IMG/VR virus record: IMGVR_UViG_3300025108_000015
Coordinates: 32,001-96,000 of that record
DNA from: a virus
DNA length: 64,000 bases
Strand: one strand, 5' to 3'
Positions 1-8,769 of this stretch are shown piece after piece. The translations under genes and the position numbers were made by a program. Under the pieces are notes generated by a model. It worked only from the letters and a program-made list of their open reading frames with translations. It did no database searches and was not told where the DNA came from. How positions within the stretch are numbered: position 1 is the stretch's first letter; each line of letters begins with the position of its first letter.

Positions 1-285
1 CTATGGAATACTGAAGGTAAATTAGTAACACCAATTATTGGTACAGTTTACTATCCAGTCCCAATGGATATTGAAGGTGGGTATTTGGAAATATTTAGTG
101 GTGGTGACGATAACGAACCGGAACGTATTAAAGCCAAACATAATAGGTTAGTCATATTTCCAGCCGGCCAATACAAACATAGGGTTACTGAAGTTACAAA
201 GGGTAATCGTAGCGCAATCGCAATAAACCTATGGGCATCTGCGCCAAGTGGTGTAGAAAATGGTGAAATAATTTTGGAAAAATAA
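1..285 (+). CDS. 2OG-Fe(II) oxygenase, prolyl-hydroxylase-like (5'-truncated by window edge)
   Basis: Frame is open from base 1 (LWNTEGKLVTPIIGTVYYP...). It shows GGYLEIF, NRLVIFP, distal H (KHRV) and the R-x-A/S 2OG-binding strand typical of the family. Confidence 0.7.
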   Translation, partial: LWNTEGKLVTPIIGTVYYPVPMDIEGGYLEIFSGGDDNEPERIKAKHNRLVIFPAGQYKHRVTEVTKGNRSAIAINLWASAPSGVENGEIILEK

Positions 286-304
286 AATAATTTTTGTATA
301 TTAG
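273..304 (+). promoter_or_regulatory. Bacteroidota sigma70-like promoter
   Basis: TTTG(273-276)-N20-TATATTAG(297-304). Confidence 0.7.
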
Positions 305-308
305 TAAT

Positions 309-728
309 ATGAAAAAGCAGTTACAACAACTTTGGGACTTCCAAAGTATATATGACCAAACACGGAATACAACACCTACATTAATTGAGCCAGATGATTA
401 CTATTTAAGGTATCGTTTGGGTAAAGAAGAGTTGGTGGAGTATTTAGAGGCTTGTAATAACGATGACATTGTGGAAGTTACAGATGCACTTGCTGACCAA
501 CTATATATCTTATTAGGTACTATGGTTGCTCATGGTATGGGTGATATCATCGAGGATGTCTTTGATGAGGTCCATCGTTCTAATATGTCAAAGTTAGGTG
601 AGGATGGTAAACCTATTTATCGTGAGGATGGTAAAGTATTAAAAGGGCCTAATTTTTCAAAACCAAATCTATCTCAATTCTTAGCCGATACTACTCAAAT
701 TGAACTTCCTTTTAATGAGAAAGTTTAA
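309..728 (+). CDS. MazG-like all-alpha NTP pyrophosphohydrolase (DR2231-like)
   Basis: EELVEY...EVTDALADQLY and FDEVHRSNMSK...REDGKVLKG motifs; ATG at 309 preferred over the upstream alternative start. Confidence 0.8.
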   Translation: MKKQLQQLWDFQSIYDQTRNTTPTLIEPDDYYLRYRLGKEELVEYLEACNNDDIVEVTDALADQLYILLGTMVAHGMGDIIEDVFDEVHRSNMSKLGEDGKPIYREDGKVLKGPNFSKPNLSQFLADTTQIELPFNEKV

Positions 729-729
729 G

Positions 730-933
730 ATGGCACTACGAGGTGAATCACATCCACAACATAAACTTACGGAGGACCAAGTAAAGTCTATTCGCCAGTT
801 GTGGGCTGTTGGTCATAGAAATACAAGAGTTTTAGCACGAAACAATGGTGTATCACCCGCTAACATTCGTAGAATAGTAAGGGGAGAAACTTGGACACAT
901 ATTCTTTTTGGAGAATTTAATGATTATCAATGA
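730..933 (+). CDS. Stand-alone HTH DNA-binding domain of the type found at HNH endonuclease C-termini
   Basis: GESHPQHKLTEDQV..IR...LA...GVS...I..IVRGETWTHI pattern; no nuclease domain attached. Confidence 0.6.
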   Translation: MALRGESHPQHKLTEDQVKSIRQLWAVGHRNTRVLARNNGVSPANIRRIVRGETWTHILFGEFNDYQ

Positions 934-1691
934 AAGTAGAGGGTAAGGTATATTTTAATCCATCTAAATTTTCAGTAAGACCGATTTCAAAATCAGTTGC
1001 AAAAGACATAGTGGTAAATCACCATTATGCTGGAATTTGGACAAAAGTATCTTATGCATTGGGTTTGTTTTATGAATCCGATGAAGAACATCAGTTTTTC
1101 AGTGGTGTAAATGAGAAGTTAGTCGGAGTGGCTACGTATGGCGACCCCATAGGTAGGCATTCTGGCGCTTCTATTTCTGAACATATTGACCGAACTGAGG
1201 TATTTGAACTTACCAGATTATTTGTATTTGATGGATATGGGTGTAATATAGAAAGTTGGTTTGTAGGTCAGACCTTCAAGTGGTTACGCAAAAATACTCC
1301 CCATATTAAAGCACTTATCTCATACTCCGACCCTAAAGTAGGCCATAAGGGAACAATTTATATGTCTACAAATTGGATTTATCAAGGTAATCGTATCAGA
1401 CCAAACGATTCGTGGTTATTTAGATGGGAAGATGGTGGTGAATGGACTCATTCACGTACATCGTTCGTAAAGTTTGGTACTAACAACCCTACCAAAATAC
1501 AAGAAATGACATCAACGCCATTTTGGATTAAAAAGGAGTTGAGGAAACATAGATACGTTTACATTTTGGATAAGTCAAAAAAAAGTCGTATATTGAAGTC
1601 ATTGAAATACCCATCATTACCATATCCAACGGAAAATGAGGAATTTAAAGAAGAGATATACAAATTAGACCCAATTGAAAGAAGCAAATAA
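930..1691 (+). CDS. Mom-like GNAT-fold DNA modification protein, paralog 1
   Basis: GVATYG.P, ELTRLF, NIESWF, LISYSDP..GH.GTIY..TNW.YQG signature. Confidence 0.75.
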   Translation: MKVEGKVYFNPSKFSVRPISKSVAKDIVVNHHYAGIWTKVSYALGLFYESDEEHQFFSGVNEKLVGVATYGDPIGRHSGASISEHIDRTEVFELTRLFVFDGYGCNIESWFVGQTFKWLRKNTPHIKALISYSDPKVGHKGTIYMSTNWIYQGNRIRPNDSWLFRWEDGGEWTHSRTSFVKFGTNNPTKIQEMTSTPFWIKKELRKHRYVYILDKSKKSRILKSLKYPSLPYPTENEEFKEEIYKLDPIERSK

Positions 1692-2469
1692 AATATACGT
1701 AGACACGTCACGTGTTACAATTCGTGAGATTGGTAAGGCAACCGCAAAAGAGATGATTGTTACTTACCACTATTCTCATGCTTGGACGATGTGTAGATAC
1801 GCTCTTGGGATATTCTATGAAACTGATAAGAAAGACGTATTAGGTAATTCAGAACAACTAATTGGATGTTTAGTATATGGGTATCCAGTAGGTAGGTCAG
1901 CAATCAAGTCAGTTATCGATGGGTTAGAGAAAGACCAATGTTTGGAGTTGACACGATTGTTTATACACGATGGGTATGGGTCTAATATCGAGTCATACGC
2001 TATGGGTCAATCATTCCAATGGATTAAGGAGAATGCTCCTAATATCAAGATGTTACTCAGTTACGCTGATCCTGAACAATTACATTTAGGTGGTATCTAC
2101 CAAGCAACAAATTGGTTATACCAAGATTGTCGTGATATTCAACTGATGCCAAACTATTCTATATCAATCCAAGATAACCCACATAAGTGGATACACTCAC
2201 GGACTGTATTCTCACGTTGGGGGTCTCATAATTTAGACCATCTAAAAACTCAAATGGGTAAGGAGAACATAAAAGAGTTTTGGAGAAAGAAGGAGTCTGC
2301 TAAACACCGATACATCCAAGTATTGGGTCAGAACAAATCAGAGAAACGTAAGTTGACTAAACAACTCAAACACAAAGTGAGCCCGTATCCTAAAGATGCG
2401 AGTGAGTTCCTATCAGAGGTAGTCAGACACGAAACATTCGAGCCGGAAAATAAAGTAAGTTTTTGGTAA
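1675..2469 (+). CDS. Mom-like GNAT-fold DNA modification protein, paralog 2
   Basis: GCLVYG.P, ELTRLF, NIESY, LLSYADP...H.GGIYQATNW.YQ; colinear with paralog 1. Confidence 0.75.
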   Translation: MKEANKIYVDTSRVTIREIGKATAKEMIVTYHYSHAWTMCRYALGIFYETDKKDVLGNSEQLIGCLVYGYPVGRSAIKSVIDGLEKDQCLELTRLFIHDGYGSNIESYAMGQSFQWIKENAPNIKMLLSYADPEQLHLGGIYQATNWLYQDCRDIQLMPNYSISIQDNPHKWIHSRTVFSRWGSHNLDHLKTQMGKENIKEFWRKKESAKHRYIQVLGQNKSEKRKLTKQLKHKVSPYPKDASEFLSEVVRHETFEPENKVSFW

Positions 2470-2471
2470 GT

Positions 2472-2526
2472 TTAACAATTTCTTAACATTATAATTTGGT
2501 AGATTAAGAAAATAATCGTATATTAG
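2472..2526 (+). promoter_or_regulatory. Promoter with upstream TTAACA direct repeat
   Basis: TTAACA at 2472 and 2483 (11-bp period); TTTG(2495)-N20-TATATTAG(2519). Confidence 0.75.
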
Positions 2527-2540
2527 TTAATAAATAAGAA

Positions 2541-4373
2541 ATGAAAGATATGAAATTAATTGACAAGTTAAAACAATTTGTAGAGAGTGACAAAAGACAC
2601 AAAATCATTACCGCTAGTATCTCTGAAATCAGAGAAATTTTTAAACCCAAAGAAGATGTTCCAGCAGTATTTAAGATTCAGTTTTATATCTTTAACTCTG
2701 TATGGAATCGTATTCCTAACTTTGGTATCCCTTCTGTATTAGAAGATAAATTAAAATACGCAATCAAAATTGGTAGTGGTATTTCTTCGTATAACCAACT
2801 TCCGATTTCTTGGATTGAGGATAAAGTTTTTAAACTTAAAAACTTCCTAATGAAAGATAGGGGACACATCACTACTTTAGTGTGTTGGTTGTACTCACAT
2901 AAGTTTCCAATAACAGCTTTTGAAAAAATTGTTGATAAACTAATCACCCAATACAAATCAGTTGAGGATTGGAAGAACGATTTTTCAGTTAAACACACTG
3001 TTTCCATATTAGAAGAAGTTCAATCTTACATTGAGGAATCAAAAAACCAACAAAAGAAAGTTGGAACTAAGAAATCACACCAAACACTTTCCATTCAGAT
3101 GATTTGTGAGAATGTTTCATCGTTTGGTGAAACACTTGATGATTTTGAAGTAAGTATTGAGGTTCGTAGAGAAAGTATCTATGTTCATATGTTAGAGATT
3201 TTAGCTCTTAACAACACTTTTAACAAATGGATTGAGTATCAGAAAGCATTCCTTGGTTTTGTTGGTAAGGTAATGAGAAAGGATGGTTCTGATAATTACT
3301 TCAGAGATGTTATTAATATAGATGCAGTTAGAAATCACATTGATGATTTGAATACATTTATGGGTAATAGTAAGATTGTTATCTTCTCATCGGCAATTGC
3401 TTCTTACAAACGAAAGGTATCTGAATATAGTGAAATCATCCCCATGAGGTTATTGGGATTACGAAAGTTGACCACCTTTGATAAGAGGGGTTCATACTAC
3501 TACTCATCAACTGAAAGTGTTATTGAAGAACAATTGATGGCTTTACATACTAATAATGTTACTGAAGAATCCGCTAAATTGGAATTGACAATTATGAATC
3601 AAATAGCTGATAATGTGGCTTGGGATTCATATGAAGAGAAACGAAAAGATTTGTTGAGTTCACAACCTGATAAGTTGAATACCAAAAATTTAGAACATGC
3701 TTCATTGGGTAAGGAAGATTTTGGTATGGCGTGTGTGGATGCTGTAATGGAGTTGAGAGCAGCTCTACCACATATGGGTGATAGAAAATCAGAAAAACAA
3801 ATTAACCTATTGGTTACTGATTTTGTGAATGGTTTGATTGTACAAATGGAAGAAGTGGTTGATGATGAAACTCTTTTCAATGTTGGGGCTACTATGGATA
3901 AGCGATTCCAAAAGCTGATTCTACCAACTTATACCAAACTTAAAAATTCATACACATCAGAATCTCCAAAGGATAACAAACAAACGATTTACGAAACTCT
4001 ACTTAATGAACTTAAACCATACCTAAACGGACAGGCTAAGTTTAAAGTAATGAAGTTTACATCCGAATCTTACAAAGAACCTGAAGTTGCTACCATTAAT
4101 TTTGGAACAACTAAACGAGGTGAAGCTGGTTTAGATTTGGGACAACGAAAACAAAGTATGGGTTACACCATTCATAATTGTATTGTTCAGCAGAAACACC
4201 ACAACCGCTCTGAAAACGATGTTGACCACAATATTTCAAATGTGGACTATTGGAAGTGGTATTCTAAAGCCAACTTTGATTTGGTGATGAAGAATCAACA
4301 ACACTTCATCTCAATTGGTGAGTTTAGTGTTTTGGCTGATGCACACACATTGAATAACATTTTTAACGGATAG
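2541..4373 (+). CDS. 610-aa protein of unknown function; possibly degenerate DUF262 (ParB/Srx) plus C-terminal HNH-like (GmrSD-like)
   Basis: Long clean ORF with its own promoter. Weak echoes only: KDRGHITTL vs DGQQRLTTL, and LDLGQ...NC...KHHNRS vs an HNH core. Confidence 0.35.
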   Translation: MKDMKLIDKLKQFVESDKRHKIITASISEIREIFKPKEDVPAVFKIQFYIFNSVWNRIPNFGIPSVLEDKLKYAIKIGSGISSYNQLPISWIEDKVFKLKNFLMKDRGHITTLVCWLYSHKFPITAFEKIVDKLITQYKSVEDWKNDFSVKHTVSILEEVQSYIEESKNQQKKVGTKKSHQTLSIQMICENVSSFGETLDDFEVSIEVRRESIYVHMLEILALNNTFNKWIEYQKAFLGFVGKVMRKDGSDNYFRDVINIDAVRNHIDDLNTFMGNSKIVIFSSAIASYKRKVSEYSEIIPMRLLGLRKLTTFDKRGSYYYSSTESVIEEQLMALHTNNVTEESAKLELTIMNQIADNVAWDSYEEKRKDLLSSQPDKLNTKNLEHASLGKEDFGMACVDAVMELRAALPHMGDRKSEKQINLLVTDFVNGLIVQMEEVVDDETLFNVGATMDKRFQKLILPTYTKLKNSYTSESPKDNKQTIYETLLNELKPYLNGQAKFKVMKFTSESYKEPEVATINFGTTKRGEAGLDLGQRKQSMGYTIHNCIVQQKHHNRSENDVDHNISNVDYWKWYSKANFDLVMKNQQHFISIGEFSVLADAHTLNNIFNG

Positions 4374-4381
4374 TAAATAAT

Positions 4382-5500
4382 ATGAGAGTATTAGTTATAC
4401 CAAATTATACAAATTTTGGGGCTGTTAAGGACATCAATAGGGATTCGTTCCTATTGGTGTTTAAGTCCTTTATAGAGAATACTGAAATCGGAAAAGAGTG
4501 GGAGTGGATTCTACCATATCCTGACTTTGATAATCATCCTGGCATCATTAATAAGTTTGAACACCCTAATGTTGAACTCATAAAGATGGACGGGTTAGAT
4601 TGCTTTCCACCTAAAATGAGAGTAGACTATCCACATAAGTTTTTCAATAGACTGATTGAAAAATACAATGGTGAGTTTAATCTTATATGGTCACATTTGC
4701 CGGAGTGGACAAATGAATTCAAAGTATCAAGAATATATAATAAATCACAACCTATTATTGGGTATTGTCATTGGTGGGAAATCAAAGACAATGGGGCTAG
4801 AGACAATAACTCATTTTGGAGAAATGTCAAAGGTATGTTACAAATGAAAGTTTGTGGTGTAAACTCACAATGGGTAAAGGATTTAGTTATCAGACGAGCA
4901 TCAGAAACATTCCAACCACATATTACTGATAAATTAGAAGAAATTATCCAACCTTGGTATTTGGGATGTGATTCAGCCACACCAACATCCACATATGAAC
5001 CTAAAACTATTCTATTTAATCATAGATGGGGAGTATATACTGGCGCCGAGTGGTTCTTCGAGGCAATGGATGAGTTATGGGAAACTCGTAAAGACTTCCA
5101 AGTATGGACTTCATTAAAAGATATGGGTAAATCATATACCAAGTATATTGGACACGCTGATAGAGATGTGTATATGAATCAAATGTCCAAAGCACATTTT
5201 GGTGTAGGTACATTCCAAGGATATTCGGCTTGGTCAATGTCGGCTACTGATGGGTTAAGTCGAGGTGTACCTTACTTACTTCCAAATGATTTTTGTTATC
5301 CCGAAATGGTTGGTGAGGAATATCCACTACTTTATAATGGTAAAGAAGAATTTAAGAAAATGGTTGTTAAGTTATTGGATGGTGAAATCGAACGTCCTGA
5401 TGTAACTCATATAGCGGAGTCTTTACTATGGGAATCTCAACTTAAAAGCTGGGATGTCGAGAACAACTTTATTAATATGGCTAGAAAAGACTTTAATTAA
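4382..5500 (+). CDS. GT-B fold glycosyltransferase (GT4-like), coupled to the DNA polymerase gene
   Basis: ILFNHR, then FGVG...SAWSMSATDGLSRGVPYLLP...YPEMV resembles the GT4 E-x7-E region; TAA/ATG overlap with polB. Confidence 0.65.
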   Translation: MRVLVIPNYTNFGAVKDINRDSFLLVFKSFIENTEIGKEWEWILPYPDFDNHPGIINKFEHPNVELIKMDGLDCFPPKMRVDYPHKFFNRLIEKYNGEFNLIWSHLPEWTNEFKVSRIYNKSQPIIGYCHWWEIKDNGARDNNSFWRNVKGMLQMKVCGVNSQWVKDLVIRRASETFQPHITDKLEEIIQPWYLGCDSATPTSTYEPKTILFNHRWGVYTGAEWFFEAMDELWETRKDFQVWTSLKDMGKSYTKYIGHADRDVYMNQMSKAHFGVGTFQGYSAWSMSATDGLSRGVPYLLPNDFCYPEMVGEEYPLLYNGKEEFKKMVVKLLDGEIERPDVTHIAESLLWESQLKSWDVENNFINMARKDFN

Positions 5501-8016
5501 TGTATCAAAATGTATACTTCGAAAAAGAAAACAACCTCATCCATTGTTGGGATGATGAGAAAGGTTACTTCACATCTAAATACCGTAGATATGCTTACGT
5601 TAGAGATGGGAATGGTGCTCATACTTCTATTCATGGAGAGAGGCTAAAGAAAATCAACTTTTGGAAGCAAGACGATGGTCTTGAATTATATGAAAGTGAT
5701 GTAAACGAGATGACACGTTTTCTGATTGACCAATATGGTGATTCAGATGAGGTATCGAATGGACATACTGTACTTACCTTTGATATTGAGGTAGAGATGA
5801 ATAGTGGTCTGCCTGATACAAATGAAGCTAAGAATGCTATGACCTCAGTCGCAGGTCATGATTCGGTGAGTGGTGATTACTTTGTATATGTTGTAAATAA
5901 AGGTGAGAAGATTAACAAGACCATCAAAGGTGCTACGGTAGAATCGTTCGATACTGAAGAAGGTATGTTGATTGCGTTCCTAAACAAATGGAAAGAAATT
6001 AATCCAACTATTATTACTGGTTGGAACATTGACTTCTTTGATGTCACGTATCTATACAATCGAATGAAGAGAGTATTGGGTGAGTCTACTGCAAATCAAT
6101 TATCACCAATTGGTAAAGTTCATTGGAATAAGTATCGTAATCGTTATTTGATTGCTGGAGTATCTGCATTGGACTACATCGCTTTATTCAAGAACTTTAC
6201 GTATACTGAATATCCAAACTACCGATTAGACACTATTGCTCGATTAGAGTTGGGTAGAGGTAAGATTGAGTATGAGGGTAACCTTGACCAATTATTCAGA
6301 GATGACTTAGAGAAGTTTATTGAGTACAACTTGGTAGATGTTGAGTTAGTTGTTGATATGGACAAGAAACTTCAGTTCATTGATTTAGCTAGAGCAATAT
6401 GTCACGCAGGTCACGTATTTTATGAAGACTTCTTATTCTCGTCAAAATGGCTAGAGGGTGCAATGTTAACGTTCCTACGTAGGAGTGGTCGTGTTGCTCC
6501 AAACAAACCAAGACGAAGAGCACGTAATGATGATGGAACTGAGGCTGAAGGTAAGTTTACCGGCGCATATGTAAAAGAACCTAAACCTGGTCTTTACAAA
6601 TGGGTATATGATTTGGATTTAACATCACTATATCCATCTATCATTATGACCATCAATATCTCGCCAGAGACAAAGATTGGTAAGTTAAAGAACTATGTGG
6701 CTGAAGACCATATGAAGGGTAAGATTGAAACATATTCAATTATCGATGACGATGGTAATGAGTTTCCTCCATTGGCTAAGGATAAGTTTATGAACTTTAT
6801 CGAAAAGTCAAACTACTCAGTTGCTGCTAATGGTGTTCTATATCGTAGAGATAAGGTGGGTGTGATTCCTGAGATTCTTAATGTTTGGTTTGACAAACGT
6901 GTGGAATACAAAGACCTTATGAAGAAGTATGGTAAGGAAGGTAATGATGAGTTGTATAAGTTCTACTCTCAACGTCAGTTGGTACAAAAGATTATGTTGA
7001 ACTCCTTATATGGGGTACTTGGTCTACCATCATTCCGATTCTATGATGTGGATAATGCTGAGGCAACCACAATCACAGGTCAGACTGTAATTAAGACTAC
7101 CGAGTTGATTGCTAACCAATACTACACAAAGAACATTGGTAAGGAAGCAGATTATAATGTGTATACTGATACGGATTCCGTATTCTATCAGGCAGCACCA
7201 CTTGTAAAAGCTCGTAATCCTGAAATCGATGAGAACTCGGATGAACAAATGATTCCAGCAATTCTATCAGTCGCTAAAGAGGTTGAAGAGCACATCAACA
7301 AGGTGTATGATATGATGGCATTTAAATTGTTCAACGTAGACACTCACCGATTCGACATCAAACAAGAGACTATCGCTAAGGGTGGTTTTTGGGTATCGAA
7401 GAAGAGATACGCTCAATGGATTATAAATGATAATACCGTTGATTGTGATAAGTTGGATGTGAAGGGGTTAGATGTAAAACGTTCATCATTTCCAGTATAC
7501 TTCAAAGAGGTAATGTCTACTGTACTGATGGATATCCTAAAAGATGAGGACAAGAAGAAGTTGGACGATAAAATCCTAAACTATAAGGATGGGATGACTG
7601 ACCAACCATTTGTGAATATCGCAAAGAACTCGGCTGTAAAGGATATGTCTAAGTATAGGTTTAAGGACCAAGCACTTGGTGAGTTCATGAAGGGGACACC
7701 TGCTCACGTAAAGGCTGCACTTACTTACAACCAACTATTGAAGAAGTTTGATGCTCCTTACAAATACGAACCAATGAAGGATGGTGATAAGATTAAGTGG
7801 GTATATCTAAAGAAGAATCCACTTGGACTTCAGACTACCGGATTTACTGGTCACTCCGACCCACCTGAGATAAACGCATTCATTGAACAATACATTGACT
7901 ATGATTTGATTTGGGAGAAGGAGTTGAATAACAAACTCGATGACTTCTACAAAGCAATGAATTGGGAGAAACCAAATCCCAACCTTGCTGCTGCAGCACA
8001 ATTTTTCTCATTTTAA
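5500..8016 (+). CDS. polB: Family B DNA polymerase (T4 gp43-like)
   Basis: Exonuclease FDIE, GWNIDFFD and YNLVD; polymerase DLTSLYPSII, KIMLNSLYG, YTDTDS; no intein seen. Confidence 0.97.
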   Translation: MYQNVYFEKENNLIHCWDDEKGYFTSKYRRYAYVRDGNGAHTSIHGERLKKINFWKQDDGLELYESDVNEMTRFLIDQYGDSDEVSNGHTVLTFDIEVEMNSGLPDTNEAKNAMTSVAGHDSVSGDYFVYVVNKGEKINKTIKGATVESFDTEEGMLIAFLNKWKEINPTIITGWNIDFFDVTYLYNRMKRVLGESTANQLSPIGKVHWNKYRNRYLIAGVSALDYIALFKNFTYTEYPNYRLDTIARLELGRGKIEYEGNLDQLFRDDLEKFIEYNLVDVELVVDMDKKLQFIDLARAICHAGHVFYEDFLFSSKWLEGAMLTFLRRSGRVAPNKPRRRARNDDGTEAEGKFTGAYVKEPKPGLYKWVYDLDLTSLYPSIIMTINISPETKIGKLKNYVAEDHMKGKIETYSIIDDDGNEFPPLAKDKFMNFIEKSNYSVAANGVLYRRDKVGVIPEILNVWFDKRVEYKDLMKKYGKEGNDELYKFYSQRQLVQKIMLNSLYGVLGLPSFRFYDVDNAEATTITGQTVIKTTELIANQYYTKNIGKEADYNVYTDTDSVFYQAAPLVKARNPEIDENSDEQMIPAILSVAKEVEEHINKVYDMMAFKLFNVDTHRFDIKQETIAKGGFWVSKKRYAQWIINDNTVDCDKLDVKGLDVKRSSFPVYFKEVMSTVLMDILKDEDKKKLDDKILNYKDGMTDQPFVNIAKNSAVKDMSKYRFKDQALGEFMKGTPAHVKAALTYNQLLKKFDAPYKYEPMKDGDKIKWVYLKKNPLGLQTTGFTGHSDPPEINAFIEQYIDYDLIWEKELNNKLDDFYKAMNWEKPNPNLAAAAQFFSF

Positions 8017-8048
8017 TTTGGATAGTCCAATTTAATTTCGTATATTAG
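8017..8048 (+). promoter_or_regulatory. Bacteroidota sigma70-like promoter
   Basis: TTTG(8017)-N20-TATATTAG(8041). Confidence 0.75.
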
Positions 8049-8072
8049 TATAATAAATAACAAATAATAACA

Positions 8073-8768
8073 ATGAAAAAGAATTCTATTGAAGGTTTCA
8101 TCTCTCGTTACAACTTGGGTGGTGAAGTGGAGTCAGTAAAAGTTAATTCTACTGACGCCGGAATGCAAGTTTCATTCATCTCTGATGACAAAACTCTATT
8201 GGGTACTGTTGAGAGTGAAGAGACTGGTTTTCCAAATGGAGAGTATGGGGTTTATACCACATCTCAATTAAAAGGTCTACTTGGTGTATTGGGTAGTCAA
8301 GTTGATGTATCCGAAGGTACGGCTGCATTGGTATTCTCTGATGGTAAAACTTCAGTAAACTATATGTTGGCTGACCTCTCAGTTATTCCAGTAGTACCTG
8401 AACTAAAACAACTTCCACCATTTACATCTAATGTAACTATGGATGGTGATTTCATCGCTACCTTTACAAAAGCTAAGGGTGCTATGTCTGATTCAGACAC
8501 GTTTACATTTACGTGTAAAGAAAACAAAGGTGAGGTAATTTTAGGTTACTCTAAAATCAACTCTAACCGAATCTCTATGAATGTCGAGTGTACGTGTGAA
8601 AGTGATGTTGAACCAATTTCATTCTCAGCTAAGTACTTGAAAGAGATTCTAAGTGCTAATCGTGGTGCTAAGTCATCTTCTTTGAAGATTTCACCACAAG
8701 GTCTTGCTCACGTTGCATTTGAGCATGATGGATTCAAGTCTAATTACTATTTAGTAGAGATTAAGTAA
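8073..8768 (+). CDS. Sliding clamp (gp45/PCNA-like)
   Basis: 231 aa with a repeated alpha/beta pattern and FSAKYLKEIL...LKIS..GL..V.F C-terminus; lies between polB and the clamp loader. Confidence 0.8.
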   Translation: MKKNSIEGFISRYNLGGEVESVKVNSTDAGMQVSFISDDKTLLGTVESEETGFPNGEYGVYTTSQLKGLLGVLGSQVDVSEGTAALVFSDGKTSVNYMLADLSVIPVVPELKQLPPFTSNVTMDGDFIATFTKAKGAMSDSDTFTFTCKENKGEVILGYSKINSNRISMNVECTCESDVEPISFSAKYLKEILSANRGAKSSSLKISPQGLAHVAFEHDGFKSNYYLVEIK

Positions 8769-8769
8769 T

